DNA of 64,000 nucleotides from Thermostichus sp. DRC_bins_24 (GCA_039794845.1 JAUQVK010000025.1:1-64000), one strand, 5' to 3'; shown: positions 28,825-38,839, numbered from the stretch's first letter. Numbers and translations: made by a program. The notes: generated from the sequence alone by a model not told the origin.

Positions 28825-31083
28825 CTAGGTCACCCCCAACGAAGGGATCCCTGGCCAACGGATCACCTGCAATGGGTTGGAGAAATCATCGCGCCAGATC
28901 GGGTCACCGGGTTGGGGCACAAGGGGTTGCCAGGGATCCTGCTTCTCAAACTTCACCTGCTCCCTGGCCATGAGCACCCAATGGGAGGGGGCCAGCCCTG
29001 CCTGTCGTTCGGCCTCGGAAAGATCCCGCTGGGCCTGCTGCCAAGCCTGCAGGTGCAACTGCCCCGCCAACCCCGCCAACAGGGGGGTCAAATCCAGATG
29101 GCGATTGGTGATATTGAACAGCAGCCAACCCTGGGGCTTCAGCTTGGCCAAGTAGAGGGCCAGAGCTTCTTGGGTAAGCAAATGCACCGGCACCGCGTCA
29201 GAACTGAAGGCATCCATCACCATCAAGTCATAACGAGCATCGGGGATCCCCCCCAAGGACAGCCTGGCATCCCCCAAGATCACCGTTGGCTCAATCCTGC
29301 TGAGGTAGGAGAAGTAGGTTCGGGCCAAGCGCTCAACCGCCGGATCCAGCTCGAAAAAGGTCCAGCGATCTCCCGCCTGGGCATAGGCGGCCAAGGTGCC
29401 GATCCCCAACCCCAACACCGCGATTTCGGGAGTGGGATCCGCCATCTGAGCTCTAAAGGCAGTAAACACCTGCCCAACCGGCCCCGAGCGGGCGAAATAG
29501 GTGAGGGGTTCTGCTGCGGATTCTCCGTCCAACCGTTCGGTGCCGTGGAGGGTAGTGCCGTGCAAAAGGCTGCGAAAGGATCCCACCTCACTTTGAGACT
29601 CCACAATGCGGTTGAGGCCCAAGGCATTGCGCTCGGCGTGAATCACCTGTAACCCCGGCTTGAGCCACGGTTGTCCCAGCAGCAACACCAACCCCGCCGT
29701 CATTCCCACCCCCATGGCTCTGGTGCGCCAACGGGATCCCTTATCGCCCCCTGACACCATCACGGCCAGCCAACCCAACCCCAAGGCCACCAGGGATCCC
29801 ACTTGAAGTACGTTCTGTAGCTGAAAGCGAAGCCCCAACAGGGGCAGGATCAACCCCAACCCAAGCCATAGGGCCCCCCCCCCCCCCTGAGTCGCCAACA
29901 CCCCAGCCGACAACCCCAACAGCAGGGGATATTCCAGCACCGTCTCAAACACCTGCGGCGCCAAGAGGGCGCTGAACATGCCGCCCAACCCTCCCCCCAA
30001 GGCCAGCCACAGGTAAAACTGCGTCAACTGCTGCGCCTGCGGGCGACGACGGGCCAACTCACTATGGCAAGCCCAAGCAACCCCACCAAAAGCCGCCAAA
30101 TGCAACGGCAGCAACAGGAGCAGCGGCTTCACCAGGCCCAAGGCCTGCACCCCCACCGCCAAACAGGCCAAGAGCGCCGTTAGCCCCAAGCCCAGCCCAT
30201 TGGGGAAGATACCCCCAAAAGCCAGCATCAAGGTGATCAAATAAATCCCCAGAGGGATGGCCCACAGCAAAGGCACCGCCGCCACATCGGTGGTTAACAG
30301 GGTGGTGACCGCCACCAACAGACCCGAGGGCAAAAAGGCCAGCCCCGCCCAGCGCCAGGGATCCCGTCCATGGACCGTCACAGCCAAGGGAACAGATTCC
30401 TGATTGTGCAGACCAGCATCGGATTCCTGAGACTGCTCCAGCTCTGGCAGACCAGCACCCCTATACCCAGATTCGCCCCGAGCCAACAGCAGCCAGCCCC
30501 CACACAGCAGCACCAGCCCTGCCACCAGCGCGTAGGATCCCATCCACAGGCGAGTTTGCCAGGCCAAGGGCAGCCAAGGCTCCAACAGCAGCGGATAACC
30601 CAGTAGCCCCCCCAAACTGCCAGCATTACTGGCCACATACAGAAAGTAGGGATCCTTGGCCCAGCGACTCCTGCTCCCCGGCGCCGCAAACCCCTGTTGC
30701 AACAAAGGCGTAGTGCCAGAGAGCAGCAGCAGCGGCATCCCGACCGCCAGCGTCAGTTGCACCCACAAAGCCAACAGCGGCGACTGCCCCCCCAACTCCG
30801 TGGGGATCCCAGCCGTGGGCCCCAGGCGAAAGGGCAGCCACCACAACCCCGCCAGCAGCAACGCCCCATGCAGCAGCACGCCAGACCTGGGGTTAACCCA
30901 CCGCTGCACCCGATCCGCCCACAGGTAGCCCAGCAACAACACCACCTGAAAAAAGGCCAAACAGGTATTCCACACCAACGGGGATCCCCCCCAGAGGGGC
31001 AACAGCAACTTGCCCACCAACAGCTGCCCCCAGAAGAGGCAAAAGGCGCTGCCAAACAAGCTGAGGGAAAACAGCAGAATCAA
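28825..31083 (-). CDS. Fused MFS-like membrane domain / spermidine-synthase-like SAM-binding protein
   Basis: LLPLWGGSP.VW, DPYFLYVASNAGS, HGTTLHG, VLGLGIGTLA, FELDP, DAFSSDAVP.HLLT. Confidence 0.88.
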   Translation of the reverse strand: MILLFSLSLFGSAFCLFWGQLLVGKLLLPLWGGSPLVWNTCLAFFQVVLLLGYLWADRVQRWVNPRSGVLLHGALLLAGLWWLPFRLGPTAGIPTELGGQSPLLALWVQLTLAVGMPLLLLSGTTPLLQQGFAAPGSRSRWAKDPYFLYVASNAGSLGGLLGYPLLLEPWLPLAWQTRLWMGSYALVAGLVLLCGGWLLLARGESGYRGAGLPELEQSQESDAGLHNQESVPLAVTVHGRDPWRWAGLAFLPSGLLVAVTTLLTTDVAAVPLLWAIPLGIYLITLMLAFGGIFPNGLGLGLTALLACLAVGVQALGLVKPLLLLLPLHLAAFGGVAWACHSELARRRPQAQQLTQFYLWLALGGGLGGMFSALLAPQVFETVLEYPLLLGLSAGVLATQGGGGALWLGLGLILPLLGLRFQLQNVLQVGSLVALGLGWLAVMVSGGDKGSRWRTRAMGVGMTAGLVLLLGQPWLKPGLQVIHAERNALGLNRIVESQSEVGSFRSLLHGTTLHGTERLDGESAAEPLTYFARSGPVGQVFTAFRAQMADPTPEIAVLGLGIGTLAAYAQAGDRWTFFELDPAVERLARTYFSYLSRIEPTVILGDARLSLGGIPDARYDLMVMDAFSSDAVPVHLLTQEALALYLAKLKPQGWLLFNITNRHLDLTPLLAGLAGQLHLQAWQQAQRDLSEAERQAGLAPSHWVLMAREQVKFEKQDPWQPLVPQPGDPIWRDDFSNPLQVIRWPGIPSLGVT

Positions 31084-31183
31084 AGCCGAGCCACCCCAAA
31101 CCTTTGTCTGACAGTATGGCCTAGCCCCGGAGAGTGGCCTGTGGGCAGCCGGATTTAACCCCCATGCACAGGTTCAATCCCGA

Positions 31184-31864
31184 TTAGCGGGTCATCACCT
31201 GCAAGGGAAAGCGCTCCCCCAACTCCCCTTCCACCTTGGGCAGCCATTCTTCTTGAAACACCCAAACTTGCCCCTGTTGCACACTCCCATCAGGATTTTG
31301 CGTCAGTTCCAGCCAGTACACCAGTTGATTGCCCCGCAGCACCACCCCCTGAATAGCCAAAGACAAGCTAAACGTTTGATTGGCCGCCAAGGCTTCGGGG
31401 GCAGGGTAGCGAATTACCTCCACCGCTTGGTCCAAATCGGCAGCGATCTCCGGCCCGTACACATCTCGAATCGCTTGGAAGAGATCCTCAGGGGTCAGTC
31501 CCTGCGGACGAAAGAAGGTCATGCGTTCCGAGCGAATCGTCTCCCGATCAAGGGGGTTAATGATCCGCCCTGGCGGGGCCACCGAGGCCAAAAACGTAAA
31601 CCGGGATCCATCCGGCTCGACACGGTTGATGTTGAGGGTTTCACCCGGACGAGGCCGCAAAAAGGGGTTGTCTCGCACCCAGGCCGCTGCTTGATCCGGA
31701 GACTGCCCGGGGATCCCCCAAGCCGCCGGCTGAAGGCCCAACACCGCCAAAGAGGCCATGCCCAAACCGATGCAGCTCGACTGCCAAGTTCGGTTCACTC
31801 CCCGATTGAAGACCGGCCACCTGTTGCAAAACACTTTCCCCATTCCTCCCAGCAAACAATACAA
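31184..31864 (-). CDS. Conserved secreted cyanobacterial hypothetical protein
   Basis: Signal peptide followed by IPGQS...W....P.L.P..GE.L, RFTF.AS..PPG, IR..YG. Start uncertain. Confidence 0.7.
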   Translation of the reverse strand: MYCLLGGMGKVFCNRWPVFNRGVNRTWQSSCIGLGMASLAVLGLQPAAWGIPGQSPDQAAAWVRDNPFLRPRPGETLNINRVEPDGSRFTFLASVAPPGRIINPLDRETIRSERMTFFRPQGLTPEDLFQAIRDVYGPEIAADLDQAVEVIRYPAPEALAANQTFSLSLAIQGVVLRGNQLVYWLELTQNPDGSVQQGQVWVFQEEWLPKVEGELGERFPLQVMTR

Positions 31865-32117
31865 AGTACAAAAATGAATTTCGTGAGGGCAGACCGGGCC
31901 ATTCTCAATCTTGAGCGCCCACCTGTCTCACCCTTACCTACTGTATCTGGAGATGTCGGCGGGCCTGTTGCGTCTGAGCGTGAGGGTTGCGGCCACTTGC
32001 TGCAAGGATCCCTCGGCCAGATCCCCAGGCGGCTTATCCCGAAAACGTGAAAAGTATCTTAAGATCAACGGTAAGCAAATCTCACATGCATTAGGTCAGC
32101 ACCTCAGGAGGTAACCG

Positions 32118-33197
32118 ATGGCTCTCGTTGCAATGCGGACGCTGCTGGATCATGCCGCTGAAAACGGCTACGGCATTCCTGCCTTCAATGTCAACAATAT
32201 GGAGCAGATCCAGTCAATCATGCAGGCAGCCCACGAAACCAACAGCCCCGTCATTCTGCAAGCCTCTCGGGGGGCACGCAAATATGCGGGCGAGAACTTC
32301 CTGCGGCACCTGATCTTGGCGGCAGCGGAAACCTACCCCCACATTCCCATTGCCATGCACCAAGACCATGGCAACAGCCCCGCCACCTGCTACTCCGCCA
32401 TCCGCAACGGCTTCACCAGCGTCATGATGGATGGCTCCCTCAAGGCCGATGCCAAAACCCCCGCCAGCTACGAGTACAACGTGGAAGTGACCTCTGAAGT
32501 GGTGAAGGTGGCCCACTCGATTGGGGTGAGTGTAGAAGGGGAACTGGGCTGCCTGGGATCCCTGGAAACCGGCATGGGGGACAAAGAGGACGGCCACGGG
32601 GCTGAGGGCGTACTCAGCCACGATCAACTGCTGACGGATCCTGACCAAGCGGTGGATTTTGTGGAGCAAACTCAGGTGGATGCCTTGGCGGTTGCCATCG
32701 GTACCAGCCATGGGGCCTACAAGTTCTCCCGTAAGCCCACCGGCGACATCCTCGATATGGAGCGTATCGCTGAAATTCACCGTCGTCTGCCCAACACCCA
32801 CTTGGTGATGCACGGATCCTCTTCGGTGCCCAAGGAGCTGATCGACATCATCAACGAGTTTGGGGGCTCCATCCCGGAAACCTACGGGGTGCCTGTGGAA
32901 GAGATCCAGCGGGGCATTAAAAACGGGGTGCGTAAGGTCAACATTGATACGGACAACCGGCTGGCAATTACGGCAGCGGTACGGCGTGCCTTGGCGGAAA
33001 AACCGGAGGAGTTTGATCCCCGTCATTTCCTTAAGCCCTCCATCAAGGAGATGCAGAAGGTGTGTGCCGACCGTTATCAGCAGTTCGGCTGTGCCGGTCA
33101 GGGAACCAAGGTGCCGGTGGTTACTCTGGATGAGATGGCTGCTAAGTATGCCTCGGGCGCTTTGGCGGCCCAGGTGAAAAAGACCGTTGTGGTTTAA
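32118..33197 (+). CDS. fbaA: Class II fructose-bisphosphate aldolase
   Basis: [55 protein letters not shown]. Confidence 0.97.
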   Translation: MALVAMRTLLDHAAENGYGIPAFNVNNMEQIQSIMQAAHETNSPVILQASRGARKYAGENFLRHLILAAAETYPHIPIAMHQDHGNSPATCYSAIRNGFTSVMMDGSLKADAKTPASYEYNVEVTSEVVKVAHSIGVSVEGELGCLGSLETGMGDKEDGHGAEGVLSHDQLLTDPDQAVDFVEQTQVDALAVAIGTSHGAYKFSRKPTGDILDMERIAEIHRRLPNTHLVMHGSSSVPKELIDIINEFGGSIPETYGVPVEEIQRGIKNGVRKVNIDTDNRLAITAAVRRALAEKPEEFDPRHFLKPSIKEMQKVCADRYQQFGCAGQGTKVPVVTLDEMAAKYASGALAAQVKKTVVV

Positions 33198-33258
33198 GGT
33201 AAAGGATCCGATCAGCCTGGGCAACATCCGGGGCTTGATCGAGAGAGTCTGATGAGCG

Positions 33259-33286
33259 AAGGGATCCCATGCGGATCCCTTTTTTT
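33259..33286 (+). terminator. Rho-independent terminator of fbaA
   Basis: AAGGGATCC-catgc-GGATCCCTT stem followed by a T run. Confidence 0.8.
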
Positions 33287-33289
33287 GTT

Positions 33290-33471
33290 GCCTGTTGGGA
33301 GAAGATGGATACCCCTTGGGGTGCTCCTAACGCCTGACGGATTTCCTGTTGCGCTGAGGCAGAAATGGTGAGGCCGATTTTGCGGCGGAGCTTCTCAATG
33401 TTGCGGGCGGGGGTGCTGTACTCGGTTAGCTCATCCTCCGCCATCATGATCAGCCGTTTGAGCTGGGACAT
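33290..33471 (-). pseudogene. Truncated conserved cyanobacterial membrane protein (N-terminal part only)
   Basis: MSQLKRLIMMAEDELTEYST.AR.IEKLR.KIGL resembles a conserved family that normally continues into TM helices; here the frame runs into the fbaA terminator. Confidence 0.55.
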
Positions 33472-33604
33472 ACATGGGCTCTCCTGGCTTTGACCTTGGT
33501 CTGGAGCCCAGTATGGGGCAAGCAGGAGAAGCATGAGGCGAAAGTGTCAACGGGATCCCTGATTCGCCCACCTCAACACACCCTTTTCAGGAATCCCGCC
33601 AACG

Positions 33605-33862
33605 CTAGAGGGGGAAATTAAGCCGTTCGTGCTGGGGGAACGGAACCTTTTCCGCCACAATATCGTGGTTGAGCAGTGCCAAAATAAGGCGATCCAGCAT
33701 TTCCAGCTCGGCCTCGGAATAACGGCGCCCGAAGAGCAAATCGTTGATCATGTTCTCTTGACTCAAGCTCAGGAACCCGCTGCGAAACACTTGCTCCACA
33801 ATTTCTTGAATGCTGGAGGTGGAGAGAGAAACTGTGTTAGGAGGATAAATCAAGGTATTCAT
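33605..33862 (-). CDS. Small conserved cyanobacterial hypothetical protein
   Basis: IQEIVEQVF.SG.LS..QE..I..LL......E...LD.L..AL pattern. Confidence 0.75.
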   Translation of the reverse strand: MNTLIYPPNTVSLSTSSIQEIVEQVFRSGFLSLSQENMINDLLFGRRYSEAELEMLDRLILALLNHDIVAEKVPFPQHERLNFPL

Positions 33863-33864
33863 GG

Positions 33865-34104
33865 TTACTTTTGACGGGGTGTAAGATAGCGTTGTTCAAT
33901 TTGCTGCCATGAAAGACGGGGTAAGGATACCCCAGATTCAGCAGGCGCAGGAGAGGCAGAGGCTTGCCACATCAGGGAAATGCCCCGCAGCTCCCCCAAT
34001 TCCAAGTGCTCGTTCAGCAGGGTGGCCAAACGATAGGCACGGTAGTCTAATGTTGGATCTACGGCAGTTGCCATCCGTATTTCCTCGCTGTTTCCAAAAC
34101 TCAT
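33865..34104 (-). CDS. Small hypothetical protein
   Basis: Abuts the downstream gene (2-nt gap). ATG at 34104 or 34074; no family recognised. Confidence 0.5.
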   Translation of the reverse strand: MSFGNSEEIRMATAVDPTLDYRAYRLATLLNEHLELGELRGISLMWQASASPAPAESGVSLPRLSWQQIEQRYLTPRQK

Positions 34105-34271
34105 GGCCCTATCGTAGCCATTAACCGGGGAAAAACCGGGGAAATACCGAAAATACACGTAGGTAGTTTATACGTATTCCCTACGCGATTTAGCGGAGAG
34201 CAGACAGGTTCCCTGAGGATCTTTGGTTTTGCTTTAGATTCGTTGGGGAACACCGTTGTTTTGGGAACGAG

Positions 34272-34649
34272 CTAGGGATCCCAGCCCGCGAAAGCAGAGA
34301 TTTCAGCAGCCAAGGTAGCCGCATTAAAGGGTTTGCTGATAATGCCATCAACCCCCAAGTGATCGAAGGAGCCATCGCGGGCATCCTTCACTTTGGCCGT
34401 CAGGAGAATGACAGGGATCCCCTGGGTTTCGGGACGTGCTCGCAATTGGGCTAAGGTTGCCGGGCCGTCCATCCCCGGCATCATCACATCCAGCAAAATC
34501 GCCTCCGGTTGTTCTTGGGCGGCTTTTTGGATCCCTTCCGGGCCGGATCCCGCCGTTAACACCTCCCAACCCGCCAAGTTTTCCAGGATGAGCTGAGTCA
34601 TTTCCCAGATATCGGGCTCATCGTCGATGATCAACAGGCGATGGGTCAT
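34272..34649 (-). CDS. Single-domain response regulator (CheY-like)
   Basis: LIIDDEPD, ILLDVMMPGMDG, LLTAK, KPF. Confidence 0.93.
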   Translation of the reverse strand: MTHRLLIIDDEPDIWEMTQLILENLAGWEVLTAGSGPEGIQKAAQEQPEAILLDVMMPGMDGPATLAQLRARPETQGIPVILLTAKVKDARDGSFDHLGVDGIISKPFNAATLAAEISAFAGWDP

Positions 34650-35023
34650 GAGGTTTGGGCTAGCAGTTGGTGTACCCGTTCTTGAAATTCTGCCGGGCTA
34701 ATGCGCCCCTTGGTAAAAACCTGAGTGAGCTGAGATTCTAGGCGGAGGCGCTCCTGATACTCCACATCGCGGGCGGTATAAATCAGAATCGGGATCGGTT
34801 TGGCAGGAGGATGCTGCTCCAACCAATCCAGCAGGGCAAAGCCTTCGTCTCCCGCCAGTTCCAAGTCCAGGATGATCAGATCGGGGGTTGAGGTTTGACA
34901 ATGGCTGATGGCCCTGCGAGCCGAAGCAACCGTGACAAATTCCGTGCCCTGCCGCTCCAGCAATAAGCTCAGAATATAGGCGAGATTGGGATCATCCTCG
35001 ACAATTAACACCTGCTGAGACAT
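34646..35023 (-). CDS. Single-domain response regulator (CheY-like)
   Basis: LIVEDDP, PDLIILDL, IYTA, K; ATGA overlap with the next gene. Confidence 0.88.
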   Translation of the reverse strand: MSQQVLIVEDDPNLAYILSLLLERQGTEFVTVASARRAISHCQTSTPDLIILDLELAGDEGFALLDWLEQHPPAKPIPILIYTARDVEYQERLRLESQLTQVFTKGRISPAEFQERVHQLLAQTS

Positions 35024-35112
35024 TGTGGGCCCCTAATGGAAATCGTGGAGCTTAAAAGGGAGAACCCTATTCAATTTAGCCATCAAGTGGGGTAAAACCA
35101 GAGAAAGATCAA

Positions 35113-35589
35113 TCAATCGCCGGCTTCGTTGCTGACAAAGGCCAGGGCGTTTGGTTCCTTCGATTCCAGTGCATATTTCAGGGTGTGCCAGGCCAAATTG
35201 GCACATTTGATCCGTACCGGAAACTGGGCCACCCCTTTCATGGCGTTGAGGGCCCGTTGCTCCCGTGGAAACTCTTCACCCCCGCGCATCATGCCCTGAA
35301 ACCGCTCGACCAACTGCAGCGCCTCCGGCACCGTTAGCCCCCGCAAGGCATCCGCCATCAAATCTGCCGAGGCCAAGGCAATTGCGCAGCCTTCCCCCTC
35401 AAATTTCACATCTGTGATTCGCTCTTGAGCGGGATCCAGTTGCAGGGTGAGGTCGATGGTATCGCCACAGGAGGGATTGTGGCCCCGCTGGTGACGATGC
35501 ACGGGATCCACTCTGCCGCGGTTGTGGGGCTTTTTGTATCGCTCCAGAATGACTTGCTGATAAAGTCCGCGCAGGTTATCTAAAGGCAT
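35113..35589 (-). CDS. sufU: SUF system NifU-like protein SufU
   Basis: LYQQVIL..Y..P.N.G, NPSCGD, FEGEGCAI..ASA, FPVRIKCA.L.W. Confidence 0.92.
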   Translation of the reverse strand: MPLDNLRGLYQQVILERYKKPHNRGRVDPVHRHQRGHNPSCGDTIDLTLQLDPAQERITDVKFEGEGCAIALASADLMADALRGLTVPEALQLVERFQGMMRGGEEFPREQRALNAMKGVAQFPVRIKCANLAWHTLKYALESKEPNALAFVSNEAGD

Positions 35590-35698
35590 TCTTGCTCCTG
35601 ATGTGCCGCCGCTTTTGCTGAAGAAAGTCCGGCTGGTCGATGAAAGAAAGGGATCTGAATCTATGTCTGATCTTAACCCCGTTCTTGGGGGGCTTGGA

Positions 35699-36889
35699 TT
35701 AGTAGAAAAACTCTTGCCAGCGCACAGGTTTGAGCTGGCGCATGTAGAGCCAATCGAACAGGTTTTTCAAAGCTGTGGCCCAATATCCCCGCCAAATTAG
35801 CCACCCCTTCTTGGCCACAGCGATGCGGTTACCCACCGTTACACAGACAAAAGCCGTGGCTTGCGGGCGGTAAGGGATCAGAGGTTGAGCGCGGATCAGC
35901 CGCAGCAGGTTTTGGGCTGCAATCGGCCCCTGTCGCACCGCATACACGCCGATCTTGGGTAGCAGCCGGCCTTTGGAGGCAAAATCGGCACAGTCCCCCA
36001 TGGCCAAGATGCGTTCGGTTCCTTGCACCCGCAGGCATTCATCCACAATCAGGGATCCCTCTGGCCCCACCGGCAAGCCACATTCCGAGAGCCACGCCGG
36101 CACTTGTAACCCACCGGCCCATAGGCGCGTCTGGGCCACCAACTCGCTGCCATCGGTCAGCCAAACTTGCTCCGGCCCAAAGGCTTTAACCTGGCGCTCG
36201 GCCCAAATTTCTACCCCCAATCGGCGGATCCCGGCTTCGACGGAGCGGCTGAAGCGGTTGTCTTCCCCTGCGGCAACGCCGGCGGCCAGGTGTCGATTGC
36301 GGCTGATCAACACGAATCGGGCTTGGGTTATGGGGATCCCGGTTTTTGCGCTCATCTCTTGGCACAGGTCGTAGAGTTCTCCCATCAGCTCGGTGCCTGT
36401 GCAGCCGCCCCCTGCCACCACAAAGGTGAGTAAGCCTGGGGTCGGATCCTTCTGGGCAGCCCGTTGCCAGCAGTGGCGGATCCAGGCTTGGGCAGCCAGC
36501 AATTGCTGGGCAGGGCGAATTGTAAAGGCGTGTTGGATCCCCTCGATGGTGCGTAGCTCACGGCCCACATTCACCAGCAAATAGTCGTAGGCAAGGGTCT
36601 GTACCCCGGTTTCGCTCTGTACTGTCAGGGTTTGGGCTGCGGGTTGGATATGGGTAACTCGTCCTGGCAAAAACTGTGCTCCATTGGCCTGAATATGCTC
36701 TAGTAGCGGGATCCGTACCAGCTCTAAGGAAAACCGACCGCTGAGAAGCCGCGTCGACATCCCGGAATTAACAATGTAGGGATAGGGATTAATGGCGATA
36801 ACCCGTGCCTGCCCTTTGAGCGCCCGCAAAGCATCGATGGCGCCATAGCCGCATCCGGCCAAGATCACCGTGGGCAGGGATCCCGTCAT
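35699..36889 (-). CDS. FAD-dependent pyridine nucleotide-disulphide oxidoreductase (NDH-2-like, resembles the N-terminal domain of SelD fusions)
   Basis: ILAGCGYG, SGM, YDYL, VVAGGGCTG.E, GDCA, PKIGVYAVRQGP, PL.PYRPQ. Confidence 0.8.
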   Translation of the reverse strand: MTGSLPTVILAGCGYGAIDALRALKGQARVIAINPYPYIVNSGMSTRLLSGRFSLELVRIPLLEHIQANGAQFLPGRVTHIQPAAQTLTVQSETGVQTLAYDYLLVNVGRELRTIEGIQHAFTIRPAQQLLAAQAWIRHCWQRAAQKDPTPGLLTFVVAGGGCTGTELMGELYDLCQEMSAKTGIPITQARFVLISRNRHLAAGVAAGEDNRFSRSVEAGIRRLGVEIWAERQVKAFGPEQVWLTDGSELVAQTRLWAGGLQVPAWLSECGLPVGPEGSLIVDECLRVQGTERILAMGDCADFASKGRLLPKIGVYAVRQGPIAAQNLLRLIRAQPLIPYRPQATAFVCVTVGNRIAVAKKGWLIWRGYWATALKNLFDWLYMRQLKPVRWQEFFY

Positions 36890-37836
36890 CTTTCCAGAGG
36901 ATAGTCTTGGGGGTCACTAGCCGCCCATTCGTAAATGGATCCAGAATAGTTCTTCGCCCTCAAGCCCAAGTGGGTCAAGACGGTGGTTAACCAAGCTGAA
37001 CGGATCCCGGCTGTGCAATAGGAAACGATCTCAGCATTGAGATCCACTCCTGCTTTTTGTAACCGCGAGCGAATTTCCTCAGGTGGCAACAGGGATCCCT
37101 TCGCATCCATCAGTTCTTTGTAGTGGAGATGCACAGCACCGGGGATATGGCCACCGCGCACCTCGCCATAGGGGGTAGCCCCCTCGTATTCTTTGGCTTC
37201 GCGGCTATCGATGATCACCACGCTGTCGGATCCAAGGCTGGCCTGCAGGGTCTCGCGGTCAATCTCCCACCGGTCGGTGCGTTGCACCACAAAGTCACCT
37301 CGTTGCGGTTCGATCAGTTGAGTCGTCGTGGGCACCCCCAGCTCCACCAAAGCCGGATAGCCCCCATCCACCATGACCGCCTGCTGATGACCCAGACTGC
37401 GCAACATCCAAACAATGCGGCCATCTTCTCCCCAGCCCTGCAGGGGATCCGCCACCACCACAACCGGGCGCTCCTGAAACACTCCGATTGCCTGGAGCTT
37501 CTCGGTAAGGAGGGCATCATCTGCCAAGAGCTTGCCGTTGTTGGGGGCCTCTGACTGGGAAAACTCTCCCCATGTCACAGGAATTGAGCCCGTTAGGATC
37601 CCGGCGGCTTGCAACTTTGCGCTGCGTGTATCCAGAAGGGTTGCCCCTTGTTCGATCAACTGACGGGCGGTTTCGGGGCCGACCACCCACTCTTGCAGTT
37701 GGGTCATGGGTTGAGCTTGGGCCGAGAGGAACCTGACCGAAGAACTCGCCGGAAAGAGGGCAACCAGGGGATCCCCGATTGCGATGAAACCGAGGATCCC
37801 TGCAGTCAGCGTCAATCTGGAAAAGGTACGGAACAT
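36886..37836 (-). CDS. Two-domain rhodanese/sulfurtransferase with predicted signal peptide
   Basis: GRIVWML..LG, DGG, IDSR...EY.G, RGGHIPGA, YCTAGIRS, YSGS..EW; hydrophobic N-terminus ending AQA. Confidence 0.9.
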   Translation of the reverse strand: MFRTFSRLTLTAGILGFIAIGDPLVALFPASSSVRFLSAQAQPMTQLQEWVVGPETARQLIEQGATLLDTRSAKLQAAGILTGSIPVTWGEFSQSEAPNNGKLLADDALLTEKLQAIGVFQERPVVVVADPLQGWGEDGRIVWMLRSLGHQQAVMVDGGYPALVELGVPTTTQLIEPQRGDFVVQRTDRWEIDRETLQASLGSDSVVIIDSREAKEYEGATPYGEVRGGHIPGAVHLHYKELMDAKGSLLPPEEIRSRLQKAGVDLNAEIVSYCTAGIRSAWLTTVLTHLGLRAKNYSGSIYEWAASDPQDYPLER

Positions 37837-37981
37837 CCTCAGTCTCTCAACAGGCCCTGAAGATTCTATCTCACCTTTGCCTGAGGCCCTCTCTTGTGTT
37901 CATGAGGGATCCCAGCCCTCCAACTCTTGGCATTAGCTTCGGTTCTGCTTCTGGAAGCCTGTGAGTTTTCTTCAGGACAGC

Positions 37982-38839
37982 TCAAGCCTCGAGTTCCTCA
38001 TTTTTGACAACATCAACTGGCAGCCAATGGGCCTGAGAAAGCCAGTTGAGAGCAACGAAAGTCACCCCAAGCGAGAGCACCCCCATCAGTCCGGCCAGCG
38101 GGTTTTCCCCGATCCCCGTCACCCATTCCGGCGCCCTGCCGGTGTAGTCGAACCAACCCACATTATTGACCCAAGCAATGCCCCATACCCAGCCAGCATG
38201 AAGCCCCAAGCTCAAGCCCAGTCTTCTTTGGGTCCACAGGCGAGCCTGCACCAGCAACAACCCCATCAGCCACAACCCCGGAAACTGGGGCCAAGTGGCG
38301 AGGATCTCTTCCAGGGGCTTGAGAAAATGGGCCACCGCAAAAAGGAGGCTAGAACCCCAGCCGGCAGCAGCTAGGCCGTAGTCTAGGGCCATTTCTTCCA
38401 GCATCCAACCGCGAAAAAACAACTCCTCCACCAAGGCTACCGCCAAACCCAAGAGCAAACCCAGCAACCCGTAGCCCAACAGGGATCCCCAGCCAACCGA
38501 CCTCCAGGCCAGCCAACCGAACCACCCTTCCACAACAAAAAGCAGCAACAGTCCCCCGCACCCCGTCACCAGGCCCTGTAGAATCCCGCCCCGGCAGGCC
38601 CAACTGCGATCCAGGCCATAGGTGGCAAACCCCTGGGATCCGCGCCATTCCCCCCACAGCCACAGCCAACCCAGCAGCAGGCCGTACAAGGGCAACCACA
38701 GGTAGTCTCGTCCCTGCGGAAACAGCCACCAACCCAGCCCGACGAAGGGCAGCCAGGCCAAAGCCAGGATCCCCAGAAACACGAGCAACCGCAATGGGAA
38801 CGGATAGGCCCTCCAGCCAGTGGGCATCGGCCTCAACAT
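37982..38839 (-). CDS. CPBP family intramembrane glutamic endopeptidase (Abi/CAAX)
   Basis: EELFFRG, FAVAH, GLHAGW. Confidence 0.9.
   Translation of the reverse strand: MLRPMPTGWRAYPFPLRLLVFLGILALAWLPFVGLGWWLFPQGRDYLWLPLYGLLLGWLWLWGEWRGSQGFATYGLDRSWACRGGILQGLVTGCGGLLLLFVVEGWFGWLAWRSVGWGSLLGYGLLGLLLGLAVALVEELFFRGWMLEEMALDYGLAAAGWGSSLLFAVAHFLKPLEEILATWPQFPGLWLMGLLLVQARLWTQRRLGLSLGLHAGWVWGIAWVNNVGWFDYTGRAPEWVTGIGENPLAGLMGVLSLGVTFVALNWLSQAHWLPVDVVKNEELEA

Noticed and set aside
32214..33227. 337-aa ORF antisense to fbaA (similar shadows at 11461-12450, 46946-47857 and 56960-57841)
   Set aside because: They overlap well-supported genes and have no protein-family features.
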